This document shows, piece after piece, positions 1 to 9,554 of a DNA stretch of 35,769 nucleotides. The DNA is from Flavobacteriales bacterium (GTDB taxonomy: Bacteria > Bacteroidota > Bacteroidia > Flavobacteriales_D > Sanyastnellaceae), in NCBI GenBank assembly GCA_044239235.1, contig JBIIBU010000001.1, forward strand, positions 1 to 35,769, written 5' to 3'. The translations under genes and the position numbers were made by a program. Within the stretch, counting starts at the first letter, position 1. Each line of letters begins with the position of its first letter. Below the pieces are notes generated by a model that did no database searches, was not told the DNA's origin, and worked only from the letters and a program-made list of their open reading frames with translations.

Positions 1-20
1 GAGCTAAAGTGTATAGCAAC

Positions 21-151
21 GATTTGAGATTTCGGATTCCGGATTTCGAATTCCTAAAGGTCCCTGAACCCGCCGAAGGGATTGTTTATTTCTTATTGCT
101 AATTGTTGATTGCTCCTTCCCAACTACCTACTACCTAAAACCTACTACCAA
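21..151. repeat. Three adjacent blocks of degenerate 7-nt tandem repeats (GATTTCG-like x5 at 21-55; ATTGYTN x5 at 81-115; CTACCTA-like x4 at 124-151)
   Basis: Read directly: gatttga|gatttcg|gattccg|gatttcg|aattcct; attgttt|atttctt|attgcta|attgttg|attgctc; ctaccta|ctaccta|aaaccta|ctaccaa. The region is non-coding and lies upstream of the start at 182. CTACC words are the reverse complement of the GGTAG words at 32437-32460 and 34140-34162. Confidence 0.8.
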
Positions 152-181
152 TCTTGGCAAGCATTTTGAAAAGGCGAGCAC

Positions 182-1000
182 ATGAAACAGATTATTATCC
201 TTTGCGCTTTGACTTTGATGATGCAAACTGGGTTTGCACAAGCGAGTAAACCTCCCAAAGTTAAAATTGAAAACCTGCCATCGTTGGGTTACAGATCTGT
301 AACTAACAAAGCATTCAAAGCAGGTGAAAAAGTAACATACCGTCTTCACTACGGTCTTGTAAATGCTGGTACAGCAACCATTACCGTTGAGGACAGCAAA
401 TACAAATTTGGCAATCGTGAAGCATACCACATTGTAGGTGAAGGAAAAAGCATCGGTTCATTCGACTGGTTCTTTAAAGTTCGCGATACCTACGAAACAT
501 ACGTTGACAAACAAGGAATTTTCCCTCACCGCTTTATTCGAAAAGTCGATGAAGGTGGATATAAAATCAATCAAGATTATACGTTCTTCCAAGACAAAAG
601 GGCGTATAAAAATGAGAAGAGTGAGTCCTTCGCAACACCAGACTTCGTTCAAGACATGGTAAGTGCTTATTTCTACGCACGTACTTTGGATTTCTCTGGA
701 AAGAAAAAAGGCGATATCATCACTATCATGACCATGGTTGACGGCGAGGTATTTCCCCTCAAAATGAAATTCCTCGGCCGTGAAACTGTTAAAGTAGACG
801 CTGGTACATTCAAGTGTATCCGTTTCGCTCCAGTGGTTCAAAAGGGTCGTGTCTTCAAAAAAGAAGAAGACTTGAGCGTATGGGTAACCGATGATGGCAA
901 CCACCTTCCAATCCTTGTACAAGCTAAAATTCTTGTAGGATCTATCAAAATGGAAATGGTGAGTTACCAAGGATTGGCAAACCCTATTTCAAAACAATAA
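182..1000 (+). CDS. DUF3108-like secreted/periplasmic protein
   Basis: 272-aa ORF with an N-terminal signal peptide (MKQIIILCALTLMMQTGFAQ). YRLHYGLVNAGTATI and the overall beta-rich pattern resemble DUF3108, from family recall. A terminator follows. Confidence 0.8.
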   Translation: MKQIIILCALTLMMQTGFAQASKPPKVKIENLPSLGYRSVTNKAFKAGEKVTYRLHYGLVNAGTATITVEDSKYKFGNREAYHIVGEGKSIGSFDWFFKVRDTYETYVDKQGIFPHRFIRKVDEGGYKINQDYTFFQDKRAYKNEKSESFATPDFVQDMVSAYFYARTLDFSGKKKGDIITIMTMVDGEVFPLKMKFLGRETVKVDAGTFKCIRFAPVVQKGRVFKKEEDLSVWVTDDGNHLPILVQAKILVGSIKMEMVSYQGLANPISKQ

Positions 1001-1020
1001 AATTTCTTAAGAATTATAAA

Positions 1021-1055
1021 GGGCTGATGTGAAAACGTCGGCCCTTTTCTTTTTG
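1021..1055 (+). terminator. Rho-independent terminator after the DUF3108-like gene
   Basis: A 9-bp stem pairs gggcugaug (1021-1029) with cgucggccc (1036-1044), including two G-U pairs, around a 6-nt loop. It is followed by ttttcttttt (1045-1054). Confidence 0.7.
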
Positions 1056-1059
1056 AAGA

Positions 1060-1776
1060 TTATCCAATCAAAGTCAGTCCAAAAACCAGCTCTATTTTGG
1101 ATTTCAAAATAGTTTTCACCTCTTCGATATCCATTGGTCTGCCTAGTTCAGTGTGCATTGATGCCACTTCCTTATCATCGATTCCGCAAGGGATGATGTT
1201 CTTGAAATAGTTCAAATCTGAGTTGACATTGAAAGCGAAGCCGTGCATTGTCACCCAACGGCTGCATTTAACACCTAAGGCCGCTATTTTTCTCGCTTTC
1301 TTCGGGTCCTCCCAATCTAACCACACTCCAGTCAATCCATCGATTCTACTGGCCATTATTCCGTATTCCGCTAAAGTCAAGATAATGGCCTCTTCCAGAT
1401 ATCTCAGAAACTTATGGATATCGGTAAAGAAATGCTCCAAATCGAAAATAGGATAGCCCACAATCTGTCCAGGGCCATGGTAAGTAATATCTCCCCCTCT
1501 ATTGATGGGATAAAAAGAAGCACCCACACGCTTCAACCCTTCTTCGTCCAAGAGGAGATTTTTGACATCTCCGCTTTTCCCTAAGGTGTAAACATGTGGG
1601 TGTTCTACAAATAACAAATAGTCCGTTGTGGGTAGTTCTACTCCGTCCGTTCGGCGGCGATTCTCAAGCTTGAGGTCGCAACTTGCTCCGAAAAGTTTCT
1701 CTTGATAATCCCAGCATTCTTGGTAGTCCATTTTGCCGAGATCTTGAAACTGGACATTTCGCACTACTTCGCTCAT
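1060..1776 (-). CDS. lipB: Lipoyl(octanoyl) transferase LipB
   Basis: 238 aa. RGGDITYHGPGQ and KIAALGVK motifs are typical of octanoyltransferase. The start overlaps the stop of the upstream gene by ATGA (1773-1776). Confidence 0.92.
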   Translation of the reverse strand: MSEVVRNVQFQDLGKMDYQECWDYQEKLFGASCDLKLENRRRTDGVELPTTDYLLFVEHPHVYTLGKSGDVKNLLLDEEGLKRVGASFYPINRGGDITYHGPGQIVGYPIFDLEHFFTDIHKFLRYLEEAIILTLAEYGIMASRIDGLTGVWLDWEDPKKARKIAALGVKCSRWVTMHGFAFNVNSDLNYFKNIIPCGIDDKEVASMHTELGRPMDIEEVKTILKSKIELVFGLTLIG

Positions 1777-2762
1777 TGCATCTTTGACAATTCGCCTTTC
1801 AAGAAAATAATAGCAGGGATTGCCACTGCGTCTTCATTGCGCAATTCAGCTAGGTCGATGCTCAACCAGTCACCAAGGTGATTCAAGTAAAGCGTGCGTT
1901 CAATACGATTGCTTCCTTTAGACCACATTTCGATGATAGTATCACATTTTTCAGCCATCAATTTTTTGCAAAGTTCCATGCGCATTTGTGAACGTTTGTG
2001 ATCGTCCTCGTTGCGGATAAGAAGCACAGCAACACGGTTGTCTCCTCCTGTCCAACCCACAAGTTCGTTGTGGTTCATTTCAGGGAACACGTGGTGCCAG
2101 CAAAGCATTTTGCTGTTTTCGTTGATTTGCTGTCTCCAGCGAATAGCAAGGCCTTCGTATTGAGCTTCAGCGTAAAGAACTGGAATTCGAGAAACAATTT
2201 TCTCAGCCACTTCACGAGAAGTTTGGCGGATTTCTCCGATATTTTCTTCGATAAGTTTGATGCTATTTTCAACAGATGTTTCGAAAGAATCATCAATCAA
2301 TCCGTATGCACGAAGCACAAAGAATTGTTGGATAGCAGAATATCCAAACATAGCGCGTGGAGGGTTGCCGCCTGGAATGATGATGCAATTGAGGTTGAAC
2401 TCTTTTGCGAAACCACCAATCTTTCCACCGCTAGTGATACAAGCGATTTCAGCACCACGCTCGCGAGCTTCGTGGAAAGCTGCTACAGTTTCTTCAGTAT
2501 CGCCGCTATAAGAACTGATGATAACCAAAGTCTTTTCGCTCACGAAATCTGGCAGTACGTAGTCATTTGTGCAAACGATTGGAAGTTTGCAAGTCTCTCC
2601 AATGATTTGAGAAACAATTTTTCCGCCGATACCAGATCCACCAAGACCTGAGATAACCACGTTATCAAATTTCTTTGATGGAACGTTAAACTGTGCTTTA
2701 CGTCCAATTTCCAATGCCTCACGCAAATGTTGAGGAAAAGCTTCCACGAGTGATTTCATCAT
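1773..2762 (-). CDS. Bifunctional phosphoglucose/phosphomannose isomerase (SIS domain)
   Basis: The ORF track gives 1773-2783. I prefer the MMKSLVEAFPQHL start at 2762 because it leaves room for divergent promoters, but 2783 remains possible. The SIS motif GLGGSGIGG is present, and length and pattern fit the PGI/PMI family. Confidence 0.85.
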   Translation of the reverse strand: MMKSLVEAFPQHLREALEIGRKAQFNVPSKKFDNVVISGLGGSGIGGKIVSQIIGETCKLPIVCTNDYVLPDFVSEKTLVIISSYSGDTEETVAAFHEARERGAEIACITSGGKIGGFAKEFNLNCIIIPGGNPPRAMFGYSAIQQFFVLRAYGLIDDSFETSVENSIKLIEENIGEIRQTSREVAEKIVSRIPVLYAEAQYEGLAIRWRQQINENSKMLCWHHVFPEMNHNELVGWTGGDNRVAVLLIRNEDDHKRSQMRMELCKKLMAEKCDTIIEMWSKGSNRIERTLYLNHLGDWLSIDLAELRNEDAVAIPAIIFLKGELSKMQ

Positions 2763-2839
2763 TCTTTTAATTGTTTGCCGCAAAAGTAAGGAAATTAAGG
2801 AACTACACTACAATCCCGCTAACTGCTTATCTTTGTCTC

Positions 2840-4276
2840 ATGAACATTCAATCTGCAAAGAATAATGCTACTGCTGCTGTTACGGCAGTGATCGTTAGCA
2901 AGGAAAGCGCTGCGAAAACAAAGGGCCTTTCAAAAGAAGAACTTACGTACCTGAAAGCACAAATCGAGTTAGGTAAAGATTCTATTCATTTCCAATCATT
3001 GGGGAAGATTCGCCGCTTCATCGTGGTGGAAGCTAAGTCTACGGCTGCGGACAAATTAGAAGGCTATAGAGCGAAAGGAAAAGAACTTCAAGCTCTTGCA
3101 GGTTCTATCGATTCAGATAATCTGCATATCATCAATGAATCTGGCAACCCTTCGGCAACAATCGCGATTTGCGAAGGTGTCGCTTTGGGCAACTACCAAT
3201 TCTTGAAATATCTAAAAGATAAAAAAAATAAAACCAATTCACTTAATAAACTGTTCGTTCAAGACCCTGGTCTGAAAGACGCACAACTTATGGAGTTGAA
3301 CGGCATTGTAGAAGGGACACTTCTAGCTCGTGATTTGGTAAATGAGCCGGTATCTTACCTTACAGCTACGCAGTTTTCTAAAGAAATGCAGAAAGCCGGC
3401 AAGCAAGCTGGATTCTCTGTAAAGGTTCTTGGAATGAAAGAAATCGAAGCCCTCAAAATGGGTGGACTTCTTGGCGTTAACCGCGGAAGTATCGATCCTC
3501 CTACATTCAATGTAATGGAATACAAGCCAAAAGGCTTTAAGAATAAAAAACCAATTGTACTAGTTGGTAAAGGTGTGGTATTCGATACTGGTGGATTGAG
3601 CTTAAAGCCAACTCCTGGTTCTATGGATGAAATGAAATGCGACATGGCTGGTGGTGCAGCAGTAGTTGGTACTATGTACGCTATCGCAGCAAACGCTTTG
3701 CCTGTGCACGTTATCGGACTTGTGCCTGCAACAGACAACCGTCCTGGTATGAATGCCATTTGTCCTCAAGACATTATCACCATGCATGATGGCACTACAG
3801 TAGAAGTATTGAATACAGACGCTGAAGGTCGCTTGATTCTTGCAGATGCATTGAGCTATGCAAAGCAATACAAACCAGAACTAGTTATTGATCTTGCTAC
3901 ACTAACAGGTGCAGCAGTTCGTGCTGTAGGAAGCATTGCGAGTGCAATCATGGGAACCGCAGACCAGAAAGTAATGGACAAGCTTGCAGATAGTGGCATG
4001 AACACATGGGAACGTACTATTCAATTCCCGATGTGGAAAGACTATGGAGATGAAATGAAGAGCGATATTGCTGATCTTAAAAACTTAGGTTCGGGCAATG
4101 CTGGACAAATCACTGCTGGTAAATTCCTCGAGCATTTCACAGATTACCCTTGGATTCACATTGACATTGCAGGCCCTGCTTATCTCAATACTCCAAATAG
4201 CTACCGCACCAAAGGCGGCACAGGAGTAGGTGTGCGTATGTTGTACAACTTTATCAAAGAGAATTACACCAAGTAA
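2840..4276 (+). CDS. pepA: Leucyl aminopeptidase, M17 family
   Basis: The NTDAEGRL signature and VFDTGGLSLKP are present. The ATG at 2840 (MNIQSAK...) is preferred over the ORF-track start at 2771, which would overlap the divergent gene. Confidence 0.93.
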   Translation: MNIQSAKNNATAAVTAVIVSKESAAKTKGLSKEELTYLKAQIELGKDSIHFQSLGKIRRFIVVEAKSTAADKLEGYRAKGKELQALAGSIDSDNLHIINESGNPSATIAICEGVALGNYQFLKYLKDKKNKTNSLNKLFVQDPGLKDAQLMELNGIVEGTLLARDLVNEPVSYLTATQFSKEMQKAGKQAGFSVKVLGMKEIEALKMGGLLGVNRGSIDPPTFNVMEYKPKGFKNKKPIVLVGKGVVFDTGGLSLKPTPGSMDEMKCDMAGGAAVVGTMYAIAANALPVHVIGLVPATDNRPGMNAICPQDIITMHDGTTVEVLNTDAEGRLILADALSYAKQYKPELVIDLATLTGAAVRAVGSIASAIMGTADQKVMDKLADSGMNTWERTIQFPMWKDYGDEMKSDIADLKNLGSGNAGQITAGKFLEHFTDYPWIHIDIAGPAYLNTPNSYRTKGGTGVGVRMLYNFIKENYTK

Positions 4277-4297
4277 TTTTCTAAAAAACATTAGACT

Positions 4298-5377
4298 ATG
4301 TCCGAAAGGAAAGACGATAAACTCCGGGTAGCAATCACTAGCGGAGACCCAAACGGTATTGGACTTGAAACCATCATGAAGGTGTTTTCAGATCCGAGAA
4401 TGACGGAGCACATTACTCCTATCATTTATGCCCACCCAGAAGCAATCAAGCTTCACAAGAGATTGAATAACATTGAAGAATTCACTTTCAATAGCATTCA
4501 AAACGCGGGTGAGGCATTTCCACGTAAAGTAAATTTGCTCAACGTTTGGAAAGATTTCAATGGCACACTTGAACTGGGCAAAGCAACGAAAGAAGCCGGA
4601 GCTCTTGCATTCAAAAGCCTTGAAGCCGCAACAAATGACTTGGCTTCTAATAAAGTGGATGTTCTTGTAACAGCACCTATTAATAAAGATACCATTCAAA
4701 GTGCTGACTTTAATTTCCCTGGTCACACAGAATATTTAGCAAAGATTGCTGGCACCGAAAAAGTGCTCATGTTCCTGGTTGCAGATAATTTACGTGTGGG
4801 TATTGTAACAGGCCATCTTCCATTGAAAGATGTTTCTGCGGCTATTACCAAAGAGAAAATTCATGAGAAATTAAAACTCATGGAAGAGAGTCTAATGAAA
4901 GACTTCGGTGTTCCTCGTCCGAAGATTGCTGTATTGGGATTGAATCCTCACGCTGGTGACAATGGCCTTCTAGGAACAGAAGAAAAAGAAACAATTCTTC
5001 CTGCAGTTCGCGAAGCCTTCGAAAAGGGCAGTTTGGTATTTGGTCCATTTGGAGCAGACGGATTCTTCGGCAGTGGTGCTTATAAAAACTACGATGCAGT
5101 TTTGGCGATGTACCACGACCAAGGACTCGCTCCATTCAAAGCTTTGGCATTTGACAATGGTGTGAATTTCACGGCAGGACTTCCGATTGTGCGTACCTCT
5201 CCTGACCACGGAACGGGTTATGATATTGCGGGGAAAGGCATTGCAGACGAAGCATCTATGCGCAGCGCTATTTTCGTGGCGTGCGATGTATATCGCAAGC
5301 GCAAGGAATTCAAAGAATATGGCTCTCATCCGCTGCAGCGTCAAGATTTCCGTGATAAAGACGATTATAGAGAATAA
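4298..5377 (+). CDS. pdxA: 4-hydroxythreonine-4-phosphate dehydrogenase PdxA
   Basis: 359 aa with GDPNGIG, NPHAGDNG and SPDHGTGYDIAGKG motifs characteristic of PdxA. Confidence 0.92.
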   Translation: MSERKDDKLRVAITSGDPNGIGLETIMKVFSDPRMTEHITPIIYAHPEAIKLHKRLNNIEEFTFNSIQNAGEAFPRKVNLLNVWKDFNGTLELGKATKEAGALAFKSLEAATNDLASNKVDVLVTAPINKDTIQSADFNFPGHTEYLAKIAGTEKVLMFLVADNLRVGIVTGHLPLKDVSAAITKEKIHEKLKLMEESLMKDFGVPRPKIAVLGLNPHAGDNGLLGTEEKETILPAVREAFEKGSLVFGPFGADGFFGSGAYKNYDAVLAMYHDQGLAPFKALAFDNGVNFTAGLPIVRTSPDHGTGYDIAGKGIADEASMRSAIFVACDVYRKRKEFKEYGSHPLQRQDFRDKDDYRE

Positions 5378-5412
5378 AATATAAAACCGAACACATGTTC
5401 GGTTCAAACCGA

Positions 5413-5877
5413 ATGATCATTCGAGTAATAACTATTGGTAAAACATCAACTCCCTACCTCAAGGTGGGGATTGATATTTACCTGAATAGACTAAAACATT
5501 ACGCCAAGGTAGAATATCTTGAACTACCAGATGTGGCGGTAAAAGAACGCACCAAGCAAAAAGAAAAAGAAGGCGAGTTGATTTTAAAACAGCTCAAGGG
5601 TGAAGACGTCCTTATCCTTCTAGATGAAAAGGGGAAGAATCCTTCCTCACGCGAACTCGCTGATTTTTTTCAAAAGAAAATGAATGGAGGCACACGCACT
5701 CTATGCCTTGTGATTGGTGGAGCTTATGGCTTTAGCGATGAAGTATACAAACGTGCAGAAAGTTTACTGTCATTTTCTAAAATGACCTTCTCCCATGAAA
5801 TGATACGACTAATGCTGGTAGAGCAAGTCTATCGTGCTTTCACCATAATAAAAGGTGAAAGCTATCACCACGATTGA
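5413..5877 (+). CDS. rlmH: 23S rRNA (pseudouridine1915-N3)-methyltransferase RlmH (SPOUT)
   Basis: MIIRVITIGK... aligns with the RlmH N-terminus, and VIGGAYGFSDEV is the SPOUT SAM-binding region. The ORF-track start at 5395 is probably 6 codons too long. Confidence 0.9.
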   Translation: MIIRVITIGKTSTPYLKVGIDIYLNRLKHYAKVEYLELPDVAVKERTKQKEKEGELILKQLKGEDVLILLDEKGKNPSSRELADFFQKKMNGGTRTLCLVIGGAYGFSDEVYKRAESLLSFSKMTFSHEMIRLMLVEQVYRAFTIIKGESYHHD

Positions 5878-5891
5878 TTGGAATTCGAATT

Positions 5892-7985
5892 CTAGTTAAA
5901 CGCCAATCTCTCTGTTGCTTTGTTGCCGTTTCTTTCGAATACTACTGTATAAAGTCCTGCAGCTGGGCGATTGATGGTGTAGATATGTTCACCAACATTC
6001 AATTCACCTTGAGCAATTACTTCAACAAGTTCTCCAAGTGAGTTGTACATTTTTATAGATGTAACCTCTCTTTGATTCGCATAATATTTCAACGTTGCAG
6101 ATTCTTTTGCAGGGTTCGGATAAAGTCCGAAAACAAATGTTGGGTTCAATTCATTTATACCAACAAAATTTCCAGTTGTATCAGATGATGTGATATTGAT
6201 ATCATCCAAGAAGATATTATTTCCACCGCGACCGGTAAATTCAAATTTCACTCTGAACGCATCTGTCATCCAGTTTTGATTTGTCAATATCAAGGTCTCG
6301 CTACCCCACTGAGAAGTTAGTGTTGGGGTGAATTGCGCATTCGTAGCTGTACCTGTTGGAAGGTTTGTAACTCCAGTCATTGTTCTGCGAACACTCCATG
6401 AGTCGCCACAATCGCCTGTGACAGAAATACGCAATCTATCTTCAGTCTCTGTGAGCTTGTTTGCATAAGCCCATCTGTAGCTAAGGAAAATCGTATCCAT
6501 TGCAGACATATCATATGTTGCGCTCAACAACTCATCCATGTTTTCTGAGGTTGTATTGCTAAAATTGCGCAGCTTAAGTGATTTATCACCAGTGAAGGAA
6601 GCGCTTGGTGTAACCTCCCAAGTTAAATCTTGGTTGTAGTTAAACAAAGCCCAATCGCTACTTGGCCAAGTATTTTCGAAGCCTTCTTCAAGAGGAGCAA
6701 GGTTATCACCATATCCAAAAACAGTAACTAGATTAGGCCATTCTTCAGTAAGAGTTGTAGTTCCATTAGTCACAGTCATCGACACGGTATAGTTACCCGC
6801 TGTTTCATAAATGTGAATTGGATCTCGGAATTCATCAGGATCAGTTCCGGTAATAACAGTTCCATCACCAAAATCCCATGTCCATTCAATAACACCGTGA
6901 TATGAAGTATCATGGAATCTGAACATTTGTCCAGCACAACCTACTGCATATTCAACATTGAATTGAGCTAGGCATAGTGCAGGTTCAATTACTCCTGTTT
7001 CTATAAGATTAGCTTGAGTTATCAATTGATCTCTATCAGCTACGTTGCTCAATAGTGCAGTACGCATTCTCGTGCGCTGTCCTTCAGTAAACATTCGTGA
7101 GCAGTAGCTATATTCCATATAGTTCTGAACGTTGTCGATAGCAGAGCCGCATGAAGCACCATCAAGGTCGCATATTGTCCAACCAATGGTGTTCGGTGTA
7201 TCGTCAACATTATCATCAAAATCGCAGTTGGTTGGATCTCCTGGACTATTTGTTGGACCCCATGTGTGCCTTAGGTTCAGCCAGTGGCCAACCTCGTGTG
7301 TCAGGGTGCGGCTTCGTGAAATTGAACCTGTTCCGATTGAACCTGTGTAATCATGGCGCAAAACGATACCATCAATAGCTTCGCCCCAATTGCCGCTTAC
7401 GTTTCCTGGCAAGAAAGTATAACCCGCCGTTCCATCGCCCGCATCAGCACACACCCAAATATTCATATAGCTAGCACGAGGCCAAGTTGAAAGCGCCTTC
7501 ATTTGATCGCCACCCTCAGTGGTGAGCTCACTTTGAATTCGGTTGATACCGGGATGACAGTTTCCATCAGGATCCAAAGAAGCCAATCGGAATTCTATTC
7601 CAATATCTGAAGCAATACCTTCGAAAGCATCTACAATCAAAGTAGTGTCGGCATTCAATTTTCTGAAGTCACGGTTCAAGACTGCTACAGCATCATAGAT
7701 CTGTTGATCAGAAATATTCTCAACTCCACCATTGTGAATGACGTGGAATACCATTGGAATGATATAGACCGTTTGACCACCACCGCGTTCTTCTCCATAA
7801 ATACGCGTTTCGTCTTCCAATTGCTGATTTGCACCTTCGGCAGAGTGCCTGCAATCTGGGCGGTGCTGAAAGAACTTGTCTTGCATTTGGGTATGACCAC
7901 AATGGCGCACTTGGTCCGCTGATTGCGCATTAGAGAGAGTAAAAGCCCCAACAAAAAGGCTTAGGAGAAGTAAATGTTTTTTCAT
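5892..7985 (-). CDS. Secreted zinc metalloprotease (M43 pappalysin/cytophagalysin-like) with a PKD domain and T9SS C-terminal sorting domain
   Basis: HEVGHWLNLRHTW is the HExxHxxxxxH zinc site. WDFGDGT indicates a PKD-like domain, and the C-terminal LYPNPAKESATLKY... is a T9SS CTD. The signal peptide begins at MKKHLLLLSLF (ATG at 7985), whereas the ORF-track start is 8042. Confidence 0.88.
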   Translation of the reverse strand: MKKHLLLLSLFVGAFTLSNAQSADQVRHCGHTQMQDKFFQHRPDCRHSAEGANQQLEDETRIYGEERGGGQTVYIIPMVFHVIHNGGVENISDQQIYDAVAVLNRDFRKLNADTTLIVDAFEGIASDIGIEFRLASLDPDGNCHPGINRIQSELTTEGGDQMKALSTWPRASYMNIWVCADAGDGTAGYTFLPGNVSGNWGEAIDGIVLRHDYTGSIGTGSISRSRTLTHEVGHWLNLRHTWGPTNSPGDPTNCDFDDNVDDTPNTIGWTICDLDGASCGSAIDNVQNYMEYSYCSRMFTEGQRTRMRTALLSNVADRDQLITQANLIETGVIEPALCLAQFNVEYAVGCAGQMFRFHDTSYHGVIEWTWDFGDGTVITGTDPDEFRDPIHIYETAGNYTVSMTVTNGTTTLTEEWPNLVTVFGYGDNLAPLEEGFENTWPSSDWALFNYNQDLTWEVTPSASFTGDKSLKLRNFSNTTSENMDELLSATYDMSAMDTIFLSYRWAYANKLTETEDRLRISVTGDCGDSWSVRRTMTGVTNLPTGTATNAQFTPTLTSQWGSETLILTNQNWMTDAFRVKFEFTGRGGNNIFLDDINITSSDTTGNFVGINELNPTFVFGLYPNPAKESATLKYYANQREVTSIKMYNSLGELVEVIAQGELNVGEHIYTINRPAAGLYTVVFERNGNKATERLAFN

Positions 7986-8090
7986 TGCAGGTGTCTCAAA
8001 ATTCCGTAGGGCGGTAAATATAAGCCCCGATTCGCGGTACAATACTATGTGTAGCTAAAAAACCCTACGTAAGAATTCAATCTTAACGTG

Positions 8091-9554
8091 TTATTCTAGC
8101 TCGTCGTCCTCGCCAAAAATTTGGTTCATTACATCAGAAAATTCCACTGTGCCATCGATGACGCTTTTGCCTAAAAGACTGTATTCAGCCAAGCCATGCA
8201 GCACAAACTCCATCATCAGAAGTTTCTCGCGATCAGTCACTCCAGGACAATACTTGTTTACTATTTCATCCAAAATAGGAATGCTATACAGCTGATTTGA
8301 ATAGTCTTTGTCGCTCAAATCGCGCAACAGCTCCACTTGATTTTCGGCAAACCACTGAATCATTGGGTCGTAAGGACTTTCTGCCTTTTTTCGCTTAAAA
8401 GTGTCGGGATTTGGGAATATTTGAGGGAATTTCCGTCTAATAGCCTGTCCAAGAAGTCTCATGGCTACAAATTGCGGCCCTTCTTGTTCTCCTTCATAAA
8501 CAAGTTCGACTTTACCTGTAACAGCAGGAATAATGGCAAGTAAGTCGCCAATTCGTGCATACGTGCGTTTCTCTTTATTGATTATTGCTCGACGCTCTGC
8601 GCTCGACATGAGGTTTTCATAAGCTGAAATTGTCAATCGAGCCGAAACGCCACTTTTTTGATCCACATATTCTGACTCTCTCGCCTCGAAAGAAACCATT
8701 TCAACTAGTTCAGAAACCAAAGCTGGAACAGCGACTCTATCTCTTTGCGCATCCGGAATATGAGCTTCTTGAAGTGTGATAGCTTGAGATAATTCAATAG
8801 TTCGCGGATAGTGTGTTAAAATCTGCGACTGAATTCTATCTTTTAACGGCGTAATAATAGATCCGCGATTTGTATAATCCTCCGGGTTTGCGGTAAATAC
8901 AAATTGAATATCTAAATCAAGTCGCAATTGAAATCCACGAATCTGAATATCTCCTTCTTGGAGAATATTGAATAACGCCACTTGAATACGTGGCTGTAAA
9001 TCGGGCAATTCATTAATTACAAAAATGCATCGATTACTTCTTGGCACAAGACCAAAGTGAATTACACGTTCGTCGCTATAACTCAATTTCAAATTTGCCG
9101 CTTTGATAGGATCCACATCGCCAATTAAGTCAGCAACTGTAACATCAGGTGTAGCAAGCTTTTCAACGTATCTATCTTTTCTGTGCAGCCAAACAATTTC
9201 CGTATGGTCTCCTTGCTTTTCTATTAAATCCTTTGCGTATTTAGAGATAGGATTGAAAGGATCATCATTCAATTCACTTCCATTCACTACAGGAATCCAC
9301 TCATCCAAAAGAGTTGTCATACTGCGTGCGATACGCGTCTTTGCTTGACCGCGAAGACCAAGCAAATTCATACTGTGACCGCTCAAAATGGCACGCTCGA
9401 TATCAGGGATAACGCTATCTTCATAACCTACGATGCCTTCAAAAAGAGGTTCTCCTGATTGCAATTTCGCAATCAAATTATCTCTTAATTCTTCTGAAAT
9501 ACTTTTCGATTTGTACCCTGAAGCTTTCAGTTCTCCTAAAGTGTGTATGTTCAT
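8091..9554 (-). CDS. ChlI/BchI-like AAA+ ATPase (often annotated magnesium chelatase or sigma-54-interaction domain protein)
   Basis: GIVGYED...LLGLRGQAKTRIA matches the ChlI P-loop region, FVINELPDL the Walker B region, and TANPE / PLKDR the sensor-1 and Arg-finger-like positions. The start overlaps the stop of the vWA gene by ATGA (9551-9554). Confidence 0.85.
   Translation of the reverse strand: MNIHTLGELKASGYKSKSISEELRDNLIAKLQSGEPLFEGIVGYEDSVIPDIERAILSGHSMNLLGLRGQAKTRIARSMTTLLDEWIPVVNGSELNDDPFNPISKYAKDLIEKQGDHTEIVWLHRKDRYVEKLATPDVTVADLIGDVDPIKAANLKLSYSDERVIHFGLVPRSNRCIFVINELPDLQPRIQVALFNILQEGDIQIRGFQLRLDLDIQFVFTANPEDYTNRGSIITPLKDRIQSQILTHYPRTIELSQAITLQEAHIPDAQRDRVAVPALVSELVEMVSFEARESEYVDQKSGVSARLTISAYENLMSSAERRAIINKEKRTYARIGDLLAIIPAVTGKVELVYEGEQEGPQFVAMRLLGQAIRRKFPQIFPNPDTFKRKKAESPYDPMIQWFAENQVELLRDLSDKDYSNQLYSIPILDEIVNKYCPGVTDREKLLMMEFVLHGLAEYSLLGKSVIDGTVEFSDVMNQIFGEDDELE

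Noticed and set aside
35-58. ggattccggatttcgaattcc, resembling a tRNA T-arm (GGTTCGAATCC)
   Set aside because: No acceptor, D or anticodon arms can be built around it. It is simply part of the GATTTCG heptamer array.
458-970. 170-aa minus-strand ORF
   Set aside because: It is a shadow ORF inside the DUF3108-like gene, and its Phe/His-rich translation has no motif. The same reasoning applies to 131-430, 3355-3759, 3602-3868, 4388-4726, 4970-5407, 15574-15978, 16813-17169, 28636-29046 and the other antisense ORFs in the track.
1998-2651. 217-aa ORF on the + strand, plus the smaller ORFs at 2075-2296, 2257-2511 and 2540-2722
   Set aside because: It lies entirely antisense or out of frame within the well-supported SIS-domain isomerase gene. 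The translation is low-complexity with no recognisable motif, so it is a typical shadow ORF.
2771-2839. N-terminal extension of the aminopeptidase ORF (MFAAKVRKLRNYTT...)
   Set aside because: It would overlap the divergent isomerase gene start and consume the whole promoter region. The M17 homology plausibly begins at the ATG at 2840.
5881-5892. gaattcgaattc, a 12-bp perfect palindrome between rlmH and the protease gene, considered as a possible terminator
   Set aside because: It is AT-rich, leaves no room for a loop, has no flanking T-run, and overlaps the protease stop codon. It is too weak to call.
7986-8042. 19-codon N-terminal extension of the M43 protease ORF
   Set aside because: A canonical signal peptide starts at the internal Met (MKKHLLLLSLFVGAF). 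The extension would bury it.
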